64,000 bases of DNA from Octopus bimaculoides (lineage: Eukaryota). The position numbers and the translations under genes were made by a program. Below the pieces are notes generated by a model, which was given only the letters and a program-made list of their open reading frames with translations, was not told where the DNA came from and did not search any database. The stretch is taken from NCBI RefSeq assembly GCF_001194135.2, contig NC_068984.1:80199345-80263344 (forward strand). The letters run 5' to 3'. Of this stretch, positions 1 to 13,189 are shown in pieces (position 1 is the stretch's first letter; every line of letters starts with the position of its first letter).

Positions 1-205
1 CTTTCTCACAAGCATACGTGTGTGTATGATTAGTGAGAAGTAAGAAAAATAGCTACACGAATTAGTTTTGACTAGTCATATTATTTTGTTTCAGCTGATT
101 GGTCTTAGTTTTAAAATATGTATGAGCAAATTAGTATCTGTAGCTCATTTTCAGACCCAGACAGCTCACAGAAAATATTGTCTAGACCAGACACATTTTT
201 ATCCT

Positions 206-640
206 TCATCTTTTACCCTTTTACTTGTTTCAGTCAGTGGACTATGGCCATGCTGGGGCATCAGGCATTACCTTGAAGAGTTTTAGTCAAAAATATCGAT
301 TCCAGTACTTGTGTATTTTTTTTTTTTTTTTTTAAGTCTTAGTATTACATTGTTCTCTTTTGCTGAACTGCTAAGGTACACAGTTGAAAATAAAGCAACA
401 CTCATTGTCAAGCAGTGGGGAGGGAAGTGACAAACACAGACACAAAGACACGCACACATACACACACATATATATATGATGAGCTTCTGCAGTTTCCATC
501 TACCAAATTCACTCACAAAGCATTAGTCATCCTAGGGATCTAGTGGATGACACTTGTGCAAAGTGCTGTACAGTGGGACTGAACCTGAAACCATATGATT
601 ACAAAGTGAATTTTTTCACCACAGTCATGCCTGCACCTGA
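206..640 (-). mobile_element. tRNA-derived SINE, family A (degraded copy)
   Basis: Reverse complement matches the recurring head 'ggctgtgtggtaag...gggttcagtcccac...gggcaagtgtcttctactatagcc' and tail 'cagcatggcc..aatgactgaaacaagtaaaag', with a central (CA)n; many copies in the window. Confidence 0.8.
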
Positions 641-677
641 AAATACTTATTTTCATTATTATTATTTATTGGATTAG

Positions 678-900
678 CAAGGTGGCAGGCTGGCAGAAAT
701 GTAAGCATACCAGGTGAAATGCTTAGCAGTATTTCGTCTGTCTTTACGTTCTGAGTTCAAATTCTACCAAGGTAGACTTTGCCTTTCATCCTTTCAGGGT
801 TGATAAATTAAGTACCAATTGCGTACTGGGGTCGATCTAATTGACTGTCCCCTTCCCCAAAAATTTCGAGCCTTGTGCCTAGAGTAGAAAAGATTATTAA
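678..900 (+). mobile_element. SINE family B (A/B-box head, ATT-repeat tail)
   Basis: 'ggcaggctggcagaaa...ctgagttcaaattc...tttgcctttcatcctttc...aagtacca...ggggtcgat...ccttgtgcct..agattatt'; B-box-like GAGTTCAAATTC; recurs many times. Confidence 0.8.
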
Positions 901-1959
901 TTGGATCAGCTATGACATTATCCATTGCAGATTCTAAGGAGCTGATGAAATCCTTTTAAACAGTTACAAATCAACAGCTGTCACAAAATATCTACAGAAG
1001 GTAACTTCAGAATACCAAAATTTTAGGTAGAAAGGATTGAGTACTAATGTTCTAGGAAGTAAGGATTAAGCATAGAAGTCTGTATGATGGTTGGTGGTGG
1101 GTTGATGCAACATAGTGACAAGAAGAGTCAAGAGCATTTGATTAGTTGTGGCAAGAGACCAGCCACCCTCAAGGAATTGGAAACTACTGTAATAACAGTT
1201 GAGAAGAACAAAAATAGGGGAAACCACAACTGTAGCCCAAAGGCTGAAGTTTGTTGGTCAGTGAGTGAAAGTTAACTGGCTTTCCTTTAATCCTTAGATG
1301 ACAGCACTGATCTACTGTCCGAAAAGTCAAATGACAAAGAAGATTGTATAAGTTCAATCAATTTCCTACAAGTATATATATAGTTTTATATATGTAAAGT
1401 AATTCCTTTATGTTTTTGTATTTAAAAAAAAAAATAAGTGCATGCCTTCTGTAGGGCTTGTGAAAAGGGCTCCATCTTGGCACAGAAAATCCAAATGAGG
1501 CTCCATCCACAAAAGGTTAAAATGTAACCTAGGATTTGTTTGTATATTTGTTACAGCAGCCATATCATCTCAGAGATGAGAAAAATACTCCCTTGTGTGT
1601 TTCCCTTGAGTTTTAGCAATATTATAGATTCCACCCCTCTTTGGGAAAAACAATGCTCTGGAGTCTCTACAGCTATTTACTAGAGCCAATTCCCCACTGC
1701 TCTCTCTCTCTCTCAATTGTATCTATAATTTAAAGACCCAACACTGTTCCATTGTATCACTCTGATAATTGCTTTAAGAGTTCACCTGTTAGAAGAATAC
1801 TCTGCTTTGATTTCCCATTAATTTCACATAAAGAAATCCATTTAACCAAACAAACTAACTGAATATGCATTGCTGAGAATGGAAGAACTATCATCATAAA
1901 AGCAAATACCAATCAGATACTGGGACAGAGCATATTGACCACATCCTTCCATAAATTTT

Positions 1960-2227
1960 ATGGCCTTGTGAACATATTAGAAACCATTATTCTTAAAATC
2001 ATTATCATTATCATGGAGGTGGGGAACTGGCAGACTCATTAGCATGTCAAACAAAATGCTTGACAAAATTTCATCCATCTACATGTTCTGAGTTCAATTT
2101 CTGCTGAGGTCAGTTTTGCCTTTTGTCCTTTTGAAGTCAATAAAATAGGTACCAGTTGAGGACTGGTTTCAATGTAATCGACTTACCACCTCCCCAAAAT
2201 TGCTGCCCTCATGCCGAAATTTGAAAC

Positions 2228-2275
<48 letters not shown>

Positions 2276-2730
2276 CATCATCATCATGAGGGTGGTAAGC
2301 TGGCAGAATTATTAGTGCATTGAACAAAATGCTTAAGGACATTTTATCCATTTGAGTTCAGAGTTTGGTTTCCACTGAGGTCAGCTTTGCCTTTCATCCA
2401 TTCGAGGTTGAGCAAATAAGTACCAGTTGAGTACTGGGGTCATTATAGTCGACCAAACCCCTTCCCTAAAAGATTTCAGGCTTTGTACCTACAGCAGAAA
2501 GAATTATTATCACTATCATCGAGATCAGTGAATTAGCAAAATCATTAGAACCTCAGAAAAAATGCCTTGCAGGATTTGTTCTGACTCTTTACATTCTGAG
2601 ATTAAAACCCATTGGAATCAACTTTGCTTTTTATCCCTTTGTAGGGGTCAACAAATGAAGTACCAGTCAAGAATTGGGATGGATATACTGGATTAAACCG
2701 TGGTTTTGTATCTGTGTTAGAATTTATTGT
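1960..2730 (+). mobile_element. Head-to-tail cluster of at least three family B SINEs separated by (ATT)/(ATC) tracts
   Basis: Family B motifs restart at about 2013, 2288 and 2520; (ATT)n at about 2230-2272. Confidence 0.75.
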
Positions 2731-3338
2731 TACCATTATGATTTACTTTACATAGGTGCAGACAGGGGTTAGTTAAGAAGTTTGCTTCTCAACCATCTGG
2801 TTTTGGGTTCATCCTACTGCATGACATATTGGCCAGGTGTCTTCTATCTCAGCCACTGGCCAGCCAAAGCCTTGTAAGTGGGTTTGGCAGACAGACAGTG
2901 AAAGAAGCATCATGTTATAGTTGCTAATGAGTACCACAAGCATACAAGTGGAGTTATTCATTACTAGTTATGTCCACTCATGTGGAAATATTACCTGCTT
3001 TGGATACAAATGAAGGTTGGTGACAGGGAGGGCATCCATCTGTAGCAAATCTGCTTCACAGAATTCTGTCTAACCCCATGATCATGATGTCTGGTGATCT
3101 AGAAAATAAGTACCGGTCTGATACTAAAGAAGTAAATTGCCTACAACCTACCCTCTCCCTACAAAAACAAACAAACAACAACAAAAAATTCTAATACCAG
3201 TTATCACCTTCTATAAATACTTCAACTCATTTATTACCTTGCTGTTACTCCAAGAAAGACTGAAGACATATTGCTCTCTTTTGACTGCAAAGTGATCAGA
3301 AGCTAAAACAAACATTAGTTATTTAGCTCTTACCGTAC

Positions 3339-3452
3339 CTCATCATAAAGAATATATGGAAAAGTAGATAAGTAGCATAGGAAGCATCCAACCATAACAA
3401 TACTCAAATAATATGCTTCAGTACATAGATAGATCTGTTTATATTGAGTTAC
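3339..3452 (-). CDS. Candidate internal exon (114 nt, phase 0-0) of an unidentified membrane protein: VTQYKQIYLCTEAYYLSIVMVGCFLCYLSTFPYILYDE
   Basis: Acceptor 'gctattccattag', donor 'GAG|gtacgg', open frame in non-repetitive DNA, hydrophobic helix-like stretch; homology not recognised. Confidence 0.4.
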
Positions 3453-3715
3453 CTAATGGAATAGCAATAACTATACACTAGAATAGATATTTAGGTTACA
3501 AGAACAGGCAAGTGGTGCACATATGAAAGTGCAACAATATCATATATATATATATGCATATGCACTAATACACCCAATATGTGTGTGTGTGTGTTTATAA
3601 GTATATGTTTGCATACATATAAATGTATATACAATTTTCAAACTGTTAGCATCATTCTGTTCTGTTTTTTAAATTTTCTTTTCAATATTTAATAATTTTT
3701 AAGAAAATCTTTCTT

Positions 3716-3719
<4 letters not shown>

Positions 3720-3782
<63 letters not shown>
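3720..3782. repeat. (TA)n microsatellite
   Basis: Direct reading. Confidence 0.95.
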
Positions 3783-3789
<7 letters not shown>

Positions 3790-4689
3790 GTATACATATA
3801 TATATATAAACACACACACACACGCGCACACACACAGATGAACATAAATAACTTATGTGTATACATAATCATCATTATTGTTCTATGTCTACTTTCCATG
3901 CTGGCAAAAGCTTGCTGGATATTTGCTAGTTATCACTGTCTGAATCAGTTCTTATCATGAGATGCAGATCTCTTAGGTCAGAGACCCAGATCTTATCCAT
4001 AAATTTCATTTTGGCATGGTTTCTCTGCATTTTATCATGGTACCAGCACTAGTGTGAAGTTGTCATGTTCTTGACAGGTGAAAATGAAAAAGTCCTCTTG
4101 CCATATTGAGAGGGATCAAAGCACCCGTAGAACTATTCCACTGTCTAATGATATACTGGTTTCAAATTTAGGCATAAAACTAGCAATTTTAAGGGAGGGG
4201 ATTAGTCAATTACATCGACTCCAGTGTTCAACTGGTACTTATTTTATCAACCTGAAACGATGGAAGGCAAAGTTGACCTTGGCAGAATTTGAACTCAGAA
4301 TGTCAAGACAGACAAACTGCTGCTAAGCATTTTGTTTGGCACTGTAATGGTTCTTCCAGCTTGCTGCCTTAACTGTCTGATGAAATATTGAGAAGCATTC
4401 AGAGATGGAGTACAGTACAAAAGTGTTTATGCCGAATATTATTATCTTCCGCCTCTATCACTACCACAGTTTTACATTCAATTGTCCATGCTTCCATAGG
4501 TGTTGAGTTTTATCTTTTTTCAGTCATTAGACTGTGGCCATGCTGGGGCACCACCTCAAAGAACTTTTAATCAAATGGATTAGCCCCCAGTACTTACATT
4601 TCTTTTATAGCCTGTTACTTATTCTATCAGTTCTTTTGCTGAAACCACTAGATTATGGGGATGTAAACACACTAACAGCAGAAATGTTA

Positions 4690-4982
4690 AGGCTACTCCT
4701 CCTGGTGAAGTGGATTGGCCCTCAAGAGTCCTGTGCCAGTGCCACTTAAAAAGGCACACTTCCCAGCACCACAGCAAAGTGCTTGTATTGGTGCCGCATA
4801 GCAAGCACCCAGCACACTCTGTAAAGTGGGCAGCATTAGGAAGTACATCCAGTCGTAGAAACCAAGCCAAATCAGACTGGATCCTGGTGCAGCTCTCCAG
4901 CTTGTCAGCACTGGTCAAACTGTCCAACCCATGCCAACATGAAAAACAGACGTTAAAGGATGATGATGAGGAGGAGGATGCC
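4690..4982 (+). mobile_element. Family C repeat (RTE-type 3' tail with (GAT)n end)
   Basis: 'ttaggaag..catccag..gtagaaacc...ccaacccatgccaacatg..aaac.gacgttaaa.gatgatgat' shared with many copies. Confidence 0.75.
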
Positions 4983-4989
4983 TAACACC

Positions 4990-5345
4990 AATCAGCATGG
5001 TTGTTTATCATGTCCTTCATGAGGTACAACAGCCTGAGATCAGCTCTCACCGATTTGTCACAAGTCTTTCTCTGTCTCTCCCTCTCTTCCACAGGTTCCA
5101 TTCAGTTTGAGCATTCTGTATAAAGCTGTCCTGTGTGTATGCATTATATGCCTATTCCAATGCAGCTTTCTCTTTCACACACAATATCTGCTTCTTCTTA
5201 TATTCAGTTTTACTTTCAGCTCATTTGTACTTCATTGTTCATATTAATACTACACATCCAGCATATACTTGCTTCATTTCTTTCTATTCTTCACAAATCC
5301 TCTGCAACCAAAGCTAATTTCTTGCTATCATGCAGTGTTGCATGC
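4990..5345 (-). mobile_element. Old RTE LINE 3' fragment
   Basis: Minus strand resembles the RTE C-terminus (ERNEASMLRWMC...RLRWYGHV...GTCGRG), with stops; homologous to about 26790-27165. Confidence 0.6.
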
Positions 5346-5349
5346 TCTG

Positions 5350-5401
<52 letters not shown>

Positions 5402-5764
5402 TGTGTGTGTGTGTGTGTGTGCATACACATAAAGTTGCCATTGATTACCAATGCTGGCAATATAACCTCAGTAACATCTTGCACCCAATCATTTTGGTAG
5501 CACTCTGTCTAATGCCTTGACCAACAATGATAAGCATAGAACTAAGCATGGCTGAACAAGGAAGGTTATTTAGGTGCAACCTTGCATTCAACAGTTCAGA
5601 TTCCTTCTGCCTAACCCTCTCATAAGGTTTTGGTTGGCCCAGGGCTATAGGAGAAGACACTTGCCATAGGTGTCATGCAGTGTGACTGAACCCAGTATCA
5701 TGTAGTTCAGAAGCTAACTTCTTACCACACATCCATGCCTGCACCTATACACAGTCTTATACAT

Positions 5765-5802
<38 letters not shown>

Positions 5803-5817
5803 TGTTGTATTTCGGGA

Positions 5818-6212
5818 TACTCTCTCTTTTACTCTTTTACTTGTTTCAGTCATTTGACTGCGGCCATGCTGGAGCACCGCCTTTAGTCGAGCAATTCGAC
5901 CCCAGGACTTATTCTTTGTAAGCCTAGTACTTATTCTATCGGTCTCTTTTGCTGAACCGCTAAGTGACGGGGACATAAATGCACCAGCATCGGTTGTCAA
6001 GCAATGCTAGGGGGACAAACACAGACACACAAACACACACACACATATATATATATATACATATATACGACGGGCTTCTTTCAGTTTCCGTCTACCAAAT
6101 CCACTCAGAAGGCTTTGGTTGGCCCGAGGCTATAGTAGAAGACACTTGCCCAAGGTGCCACGCAGTGGGACTGAACTCGGAACCATGTTGTTGGCAAGCA
6201 AGCTACTTACCA
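5818..6212 (-). mobile_element. tRNA-derived SINE family A, near full length
   Basis: Close match to copies at 23307 and 50688. Confidence 0.85.
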
Positions 6213-6520
6213 TGGTCATTTTTTTTTTTTGCTAAATAAACACATGCACCGTATATTAGTTCTTCACTCGTTTATTGCTGTTCTTATTTTTTACCTCATG
6301 TCCATTGTCTGGAAATCTTTCGTCACATCTATGACCTCTTCAGCGACACTTTCCATCTTCATGTTTGCTCCTGTTCTGCTTAGTCCATTAAAAATAAGAA
6401 CAGTAATAAACGAGTGAAGAATGAATATATAGTACATGTGTTTATTTGGCAAAAAAAAAAAAAAGAATGACCATCCCAGAATACAACAGTATCGGTTTTA
6501 ACATATGGTTTCGCATCAGG
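6212..6520. mobile_element. Hairpin-ended element (about 80-bp inverted arms) with a hammerhead-like core; probable Penelope pLTR relic
   Basis: Arms about 6212-6292 and 6390-6474 are reverse complements; minus-strand loop CTGAAGA-G-GTCA-tagatg-TGAC-GAAA; second copy at about 36690. Confidence 0.55.
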
Positions 6521-7165
6521 AATCTTGCAACACAAACTAAACAGAAGTCTAAACTACAATGGGTTTGTCTCATAGAGAATGTTTCTGGTTATTTTTGGGT
6601 ACCGCCTCATATTATCCACTGTCTCTTCCTTTTCTTTTAAGTCAATCAGGTGATATATGAAGGAGAGTTGGCTGTTATTTCCACAGGTTGAGTGACCACT
6701 TTGAGGTTTCTCTTGTTGGCTTTTCACTTTTGAATTTGTCTGTCTATGATTGATCCAACTAGCTTGGAAGCTAATATACATATTAGTTAATATTTTTTCC
6801 ATGTCATTGTTTGTTTGTACACATATGCACACACACACACACACACGCATACATGCACACACACATACATGTACACACACATATTTATTATTAATAATAA
6901 AAAAAAGAATATAAAAAAAAATTTCAAAATATGTATCTTCATGTTTTAAGTTCTATTTTTCCTGTTTGTATCAGCAAACCTACACACACACACACACACA
7001 CAGAAGCATTGCTCCTATGTATTGTAAATAAAATATTGTACATATTTTATACATAGTTAATATTCTATTTGCATTTCTAAACACACATATACACGCATGT
7101 ATACAATATATACAGATACAGCTGTAGAATAAAATCAATGGAAAGCAATGGTGTATATATATATG

Positions 7166-7203
<38 letters not shown>

Positions 7204-7849
7204 TATATACATACATANNNNNNNNNNNNNNNNNNNNNNNNNNNNNNNNNNNNNNNNNNNNNNNNNNNNNNNNNNNNNNNNNNNNNNNNNNNNNNNNNNN
7301 NNNNNNNNNNNNNNNNNNNNNNNNNNNNNNNNNNNNNNNNNNNNNNNNNNNNNNNNNNNNNNNNNNNNNNNNNNNNNNNNNNNNNNNNNNNNNNNNNNNN
7401 NNNNNNNNNNNNNNNNNNNNNNNNNNNNNNNNNNNNNNNNNNNNNNNNNNNNNNNNNNNNNNNNNNNNNNNNNNNNNNNNNNNNNNNNNNNNNNNNNNNN
7501 NNNNNNNNNNNNNNNNNNNNNNNNNNNNNNNNNNNNNNNNNNNNNNNNNNNNNNNNNNNNNNNNNNNNNNNNNNNNNNNNNNNNNNNNNNNNNNNNNNNN
7601 NNNNNNNNNNNNNNNNNNNNNNNNNNNNNNNNNNNNNNNNNNNNNNNNNNNNNNNNNNNNNNNNNNNNNNNNNNNNNNNNNNNNNNNNNNNNNNNNNNNN
7701 NNNNNNNNNNNTTTTTTTTTTTTTTTTTTGTATGCGTGTGTGTGTGTTTTTGTATCTGAAATAGATTGCTTAAATGCAGTCAAACATATAGACTCATTTT
7801 ATCTCTGCTTCTCTCTCTATCTGTCTGTCTTTTTCTCCATCTCTTCATA

Positions 7850-7894
<45 letters not shown>

Positions 7895-8107
7895 CCCTCT
7901 CTCCTGCTATCTGTCTTTCTGTGTCTCATGCACACACATTTATGCATTACATACGGATATATCTATACAAATGAATGTACACGGATACATACACATATTT
8001 ATATTGGCATATTTATACGCATGTCTAATGTTACAATTATAGCTGTATATTTTCACAATTGTGTACACACAATTGTATGGGCACACATCTCATAGAATTA
8101 CATACAT

Positions 8108-8150
<43 letters not shown>

Positions 8151-9654
8151 GATAGATAGATAGATACACACACACACACACGCACACACACACATACATA
8201 CACATGAGTGTATGTGAGAAGCAGCCATATGTATATATAACGTGCAACCACTATGTTAAGAATAAACTATCATAACACCTGTTTTTTGCTCAAACAGGTA
8301 CAAAAAATTGTTTCCTACCCTGATTCATCTTCAGTGTCTTTGATGGATATAGTAAATGCTTCACTATTCTAGTGAGCATCCAGTTTAATCTACAACAGAC
8401 TGTTCTCTATAGCTATGATTTTTCAACCTTCTATGTCCTCCATCACACTGACTAAAATGCTAAAGATATCACAGCACAACATCAGATTTTAAAATGCTTT
8501 ATTGTTTATGAAGATGCATATTGGAAACAGATTGCTTTGAAACAGGGATAGGTTACAACCATTGCTTGATGTCTAGACAAAGGTATGCACAAACAAATAT
8601 GCACACACACACCTGCATATATCTTCAATCTTTTATTTGTTTCAGTCATTATACTACAGGTATGTTGGGGTGTCATCTTGAAGAGTTGTTAGTTGAATGA
8701 ACAACCCTAGTACTTATTTGTATTTTTAAAGACTGATACTTATTCCATCAATATTTTGCTGAAGACACCAACACTGGTTGCCAAGCAGTGGCTGGAAGCA
8801 CACAAACATAAAGACACACACACACAAAGATTCATATATATATATATATATATATATANNNNNNNNNNNNNNNNNNNNNNNNNNNNNNNNNNNNNNNNNN
8901 NNNNNNNNNNNNNNNNNNNNNNNNNNNNNNNNNNNNNNNNNNNNNNNNNNNNNNNNNNNNNNNNNNNNNNNNNNNNNNNNNNNNNNNNNNNNNNNNNNNN
9001 NNNNNNNNNNNNNNNNNNNNNNNNNNNNNNNNNNNNNNNNNNNNNNNNNNNNNNNNNNNNNNNNNNNNNNNNNNNNNNNNNNNNNNNNNNNNNNNNNNNN
9101 NNNNNNNNNNNNNNNNNNNNNNNNNNNNNNNNNNNNNNNNNNNNNNNNNNNNNNNNNNNNNNNNNNNNNNNNNNNNNNNNNNNNNNNNNNNNNNNNNNNN
9201 NNNNNNNNNNNNNNNNNNNNNNNNNNNNNNNNNNNNNNNNNNNNNNNNNNNNNNNNNNNNNNNNNNNNNNNNNNNNNNNNNNNNNNNNNNNNNNNNNNNN
9301 NNNNNNNNNNNNNNNNNNNNNNNNNNNNNNNNNNNNNNNNNNNNNNNNNNNNNNNNNNNNNNNNNNNNNNNNNNNNNNNNTATATATATATATATACATA
9401 CATACATACATACATACATACATACATACATACATACATACATACATACATGCATACATGAGTAAGCACATAAATGCAGAACAAGGTGGAAAAAATAGTA
9501 CTCGAATACCAAAGGTAGAGTAATATAGTTTTTGTACTAAAGCTGCAAAAACATAACAAAAACTGTTACTCTGAGTTTCACTTTCCCATTTGTCAGACAG
9601 TTTTTGTGATATTTTTGCAACTTGAAAATAAAGTATATATATACATATATCATC

Positions 9655-9935
9655 ATCATTATCATCATCATTTAACGTCCGTTTTCCATGCTGGCATGGG
9701 TTGGATGGTTTGACTGGGGACTGGGAAGACAGGAAGCTGCATCAGGCTCCAATTTGATTTGGCAAGGTTTTTACAACTGGATGCCCTTCCTAATGCCAAC
9801 CACTTCAAGAGTGTAGTGGGTACTTTTTATATGCCACCGGCATGGGAGCCAGTCAGGTGGCACTGACATCAGCCATGGTGCTTTTTACGTACCACTGGCA
9901 TAGGAACCAGTCGGGGGTAGGGAGCCAGTAAGCTG
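9655..9935 (-). mobile_element. Family C repeat
   Basis: (CAT)n-ttaacgtccg-ttttccatgctggcatgggttgg... motif. Confidence 0.8.
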
Positions 9936-10515
9936 GTAGGGAGAAAGAGAGTGAGAGAAACAATAGATTTCTTTCAGGTTTTGTCTAACAGATCCACTAA
10001 CAAAGTTTTGGTTAGCCCTGGGTTATAGTAGAAGATACTTGCCCAAGGTGCAACACACTGGGACTGAGCCCAAGACTACATGATTGGTAAGCAAACTTTT
10101 TACCACACCACCATATGTATACACACACACACACACGCACACACACTCAGCCATTTATAGAGAAGAGAATGGTAAAATTGTTTTGTCTTCTGATTCCATT
10201 TATGTTTAGGATTCATTATAGGAACATAAATCAACTCCATTATTTTTTTTGTATATAAAGTATACTGTTACAGTTTCTCAAATGAAACACAACAAAACAA
10301 AAATTAATTTCCCCCAAAGCCAGAGACGAAACCAAAAGTTAAACAGACAAACAAACAGATAGCCAGACAAACGTACTGACAAATAGACGTTAGATATAAA
10401 TAGAGAAATAGAAGAAAGAATCAAAATGAACTTTTGTAAATCAAGTAACTAGAAAAGTGTTATTATGTAGAGTGGCTATATAATCAAGGAGTTCTTACTC
10501 TCTTCCTCTCTTTCC

Positions 10516-10549
<34 letters not shown>

Positions 10550-10944
10550 TGCTTTTCTTTGTTCTTCTCTCTCTTCCGCTTTGTCTTTCTTTCTCCCAAT
10601 TTCTCTCTTGCTCTCCATTTCTCCATTTCTCCATCTGTCTTGCTATGCTAAGTAAGTAAGTAATTAAGAAACTTTCTTCTCTCCCTTCTTTAATCCTCTT
10701 CTTTTTTCTCCTCCTCCTCCTCCTTTCTCACTTTCTGTCTCGGTCCCTCTCACCTTAACCCTTTTTATTTTTAATCTGTCTGTCTGTCTGTCTCTCTCTG
10801 TCTTCCTTTCCCTTTTATTTCTACCTATGTTGCTTGAAGTTTTATGTAAAGCACCTATATAATTAAGGAACTCTCTCTCTCTCTCTCTCTCTCTCTTCTA
10901 TTTTTCTTTCTTTCACTCTATCTCCATTCTCTTCCTATCTCTAT

Positions 10945-10990
<46 letters not shown>

Positions 10991-11026
10991 CCATACCTGC
11001 CCATTCACCTATGCATACATCCTTGC

Positions 11027-11061
<35 letters not shown>

Positions 11062-12570
11062 CCTCTATACCCCCCATCTATCTATTTATCTATCTATCTA
11101 TCTATCTATTTATCTATCTATCTCTCCATCCACCCATAAACCAACCAACCAACCAACCAACTGTAGGAGACAGCATGCAGTTTAATTCACATTATGTTAT
11201 CAGGGATGAGGGTACTGAAATTTTATTTTTTATTTTATATTTGTTTTTGAAGAGAGATGGGAAAGTAGTTATGTGGGTAATTAGAATCCTATCTCATCTA
11301 TTATGGAAGATGATAAGTGTCACAAAATTACACATTGCTCATGAGTTCTTGAGACATGTTTAACATTAGCCTATTTTAAATGCGAGCTCTGATGTTGGAA
11401 GCATGATGTGTGTGTGTGGAGAGAGAGAGCAGGAAGCTAAACCTTGAAGGGAGAGATGAATAAGTGAGACTATAGAAGAGAAAGGAGTAGGGACTTATAT
11501 AGTAGAGAGTGAGAGAGTTTGTTCTTTTGTGTGTGTATGTGTATGTTACAAAGTTAGATATGCAGTATGATAGTGTGCGTGTGTGTATGGGAGAGAGAGA
11601 GAGAGAAACAGAAAGGCAGAAGTAGAAAGAAAGAGATAAAAGGAAGTTAGAAGATAAATCAGGAATGAGAAAGCTACCAGTAAAGGCTATAGGCATGGTC
11701 TCTCCTTCCAGAAGAACCAATATAAAAATTGGAAAAAAAAGGGAACAAATAATGGCAGGTAGAGATAATGAAAATATAATAATAAAGTGCTCACTGCATA
11801 CAGTGCCTTAGATGCACTAAAACCTGTCAGAAAAGGGTAAAAAAAAGGGAACAGAAAGTGGAAATACTCATAAGTCAAACAAAGAAAGAATGCAACGATA
11901 GAGAATTCTTTTATTTGGTCCACATCCAGAGAGATACTGTGTGTGTGTGTTTGTGTGTATGAGTGAGTAAATGATTGGATGCACATGTGTTGGTATTTAA
12001 AGTGCTACAAAAAGATAATATTGATGCAATGGCAAAGTACTCAAAATGGTGAGCCATTTCACTTGCCACAGGAACCCTATAACTGGATGAATGTTTTAAG
12101 CTTTATTGTGCACCATGGTAGTCCGTTGTATTTTTGATCCAGAGCTGACTGATGCCTTGTTTTATTGACACCTAAAATAAAAAGCAAAATTTGATCAGCT
12201 TCCTTTCATGATACTATGGGTTCATTTATTGCAGTCAGCTCAATTCATCTTCCAAGTACCAGTGGAGAGTTTAAGGAAGTACATTATTGAAAATGATGTG
12301 ATACTTGGTTGTTCTGATAGTAATAATAGGAGAGGTGAAGAAACATTAGCTTAAGGAAGGGAGAACTGAAGCTGGAGCTAGAAAGCAATGATATAAGCAG
12401 AAAAATTTACACAGAAAGGTTTTTCAAAGTACTGCAGAATATTGAGATGAGAAATCATGTTAATGGCTAAAGAAGAGAGGTTTGAAAAAAAAACACTGGG
12501 TTTGATCCAAACTATGCAGGATTAAGCAATCAGAAAAAGATAAAGTGAAAAGAATATAAAGAAGACATTG

Positions 12571-13150
12571 CTATTCATGAGGCTTTTTCAGAAGGAAAGG
12601 TCTATAGGAGTTGTGTGAGAGCTGCAATGCTGTATGGGAGTGAGACATGGTGTTTGCGAGATAGAGAGATGGCAATTTTGAGAAGGACTGAGAGAGCAGT
12701 GGTGAGAGAAATGTGTGGTGTGAGGCTGTTTGATAAGAGGAGGACTGAGGATTTGATGGGAATGCNNNNNNNNNNAATGTGTGGTGTGAGGCTGTTTGAT
12801 AAGAGGAGGACTGAGGATTTGATGGGAATGCTGGGGTTGGAGGAATCGGTGGAATGGTTGGCAAGGGCGAATGGAGTGCTGTAGTATGGGCATGTGTTGA
12901 GGAGGGATGTGGAGCATGTTCCGAGGAGGGTGCAATAGTTTGAGGTGAATGGACAGCGAAAGTGAGGTTAACTGAGGAAAATGTGGAGGAGACAGGTGGA
13001 GGAGGAGATTGGGAGGGTTGGCTTGAGAAGGGAGGATGTCCAAAACCGGGTAAGATGGTGTGAGGGTTGTTGGTATGGCATTGAGGTAGATCCAGCCACC
13101 CCCGTTAACGGGGACTAAACCTGGATTCAAAATGATGAATGATGATGATG
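12571..13150 (+). mobile_element. RTE-clade LINE 3' fragment (pseudogenised)
   Basis: Translation VRAAMLYGSETWCLRDREMAILRRTERAVVREMCGV...WLARANGV is a typical RTE C-terminus; (GAT)n-like tail at about 13130-13155. Confidence 0.85.
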
Positions 13151-13189
13151 ATGACATTGCAGCTGAATCTATGATGATAGACGAAAGGC

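Noticed and set aside
930-1000. Exon-like segment with cag acceptor and AAG|gtaact donor
   Set aside because: All three frames from the cag contain stops; it needs a weak aag acceptor
6980-9559. Long ORFs of 200-440 aa in the ORF track (also near 21290, 40837, 43208, 52708, 56697)
   Set aside because: They are runs of N plus microsatellite translations (YIYI, CVCV, LSLS), not genes
12716-12830. Exact tandem duplication of about 55 bp in the RTE fragment
   Set aside because: The copies sit either side of a 10-N gap, typical of overlapping contig ends; assembly artefact
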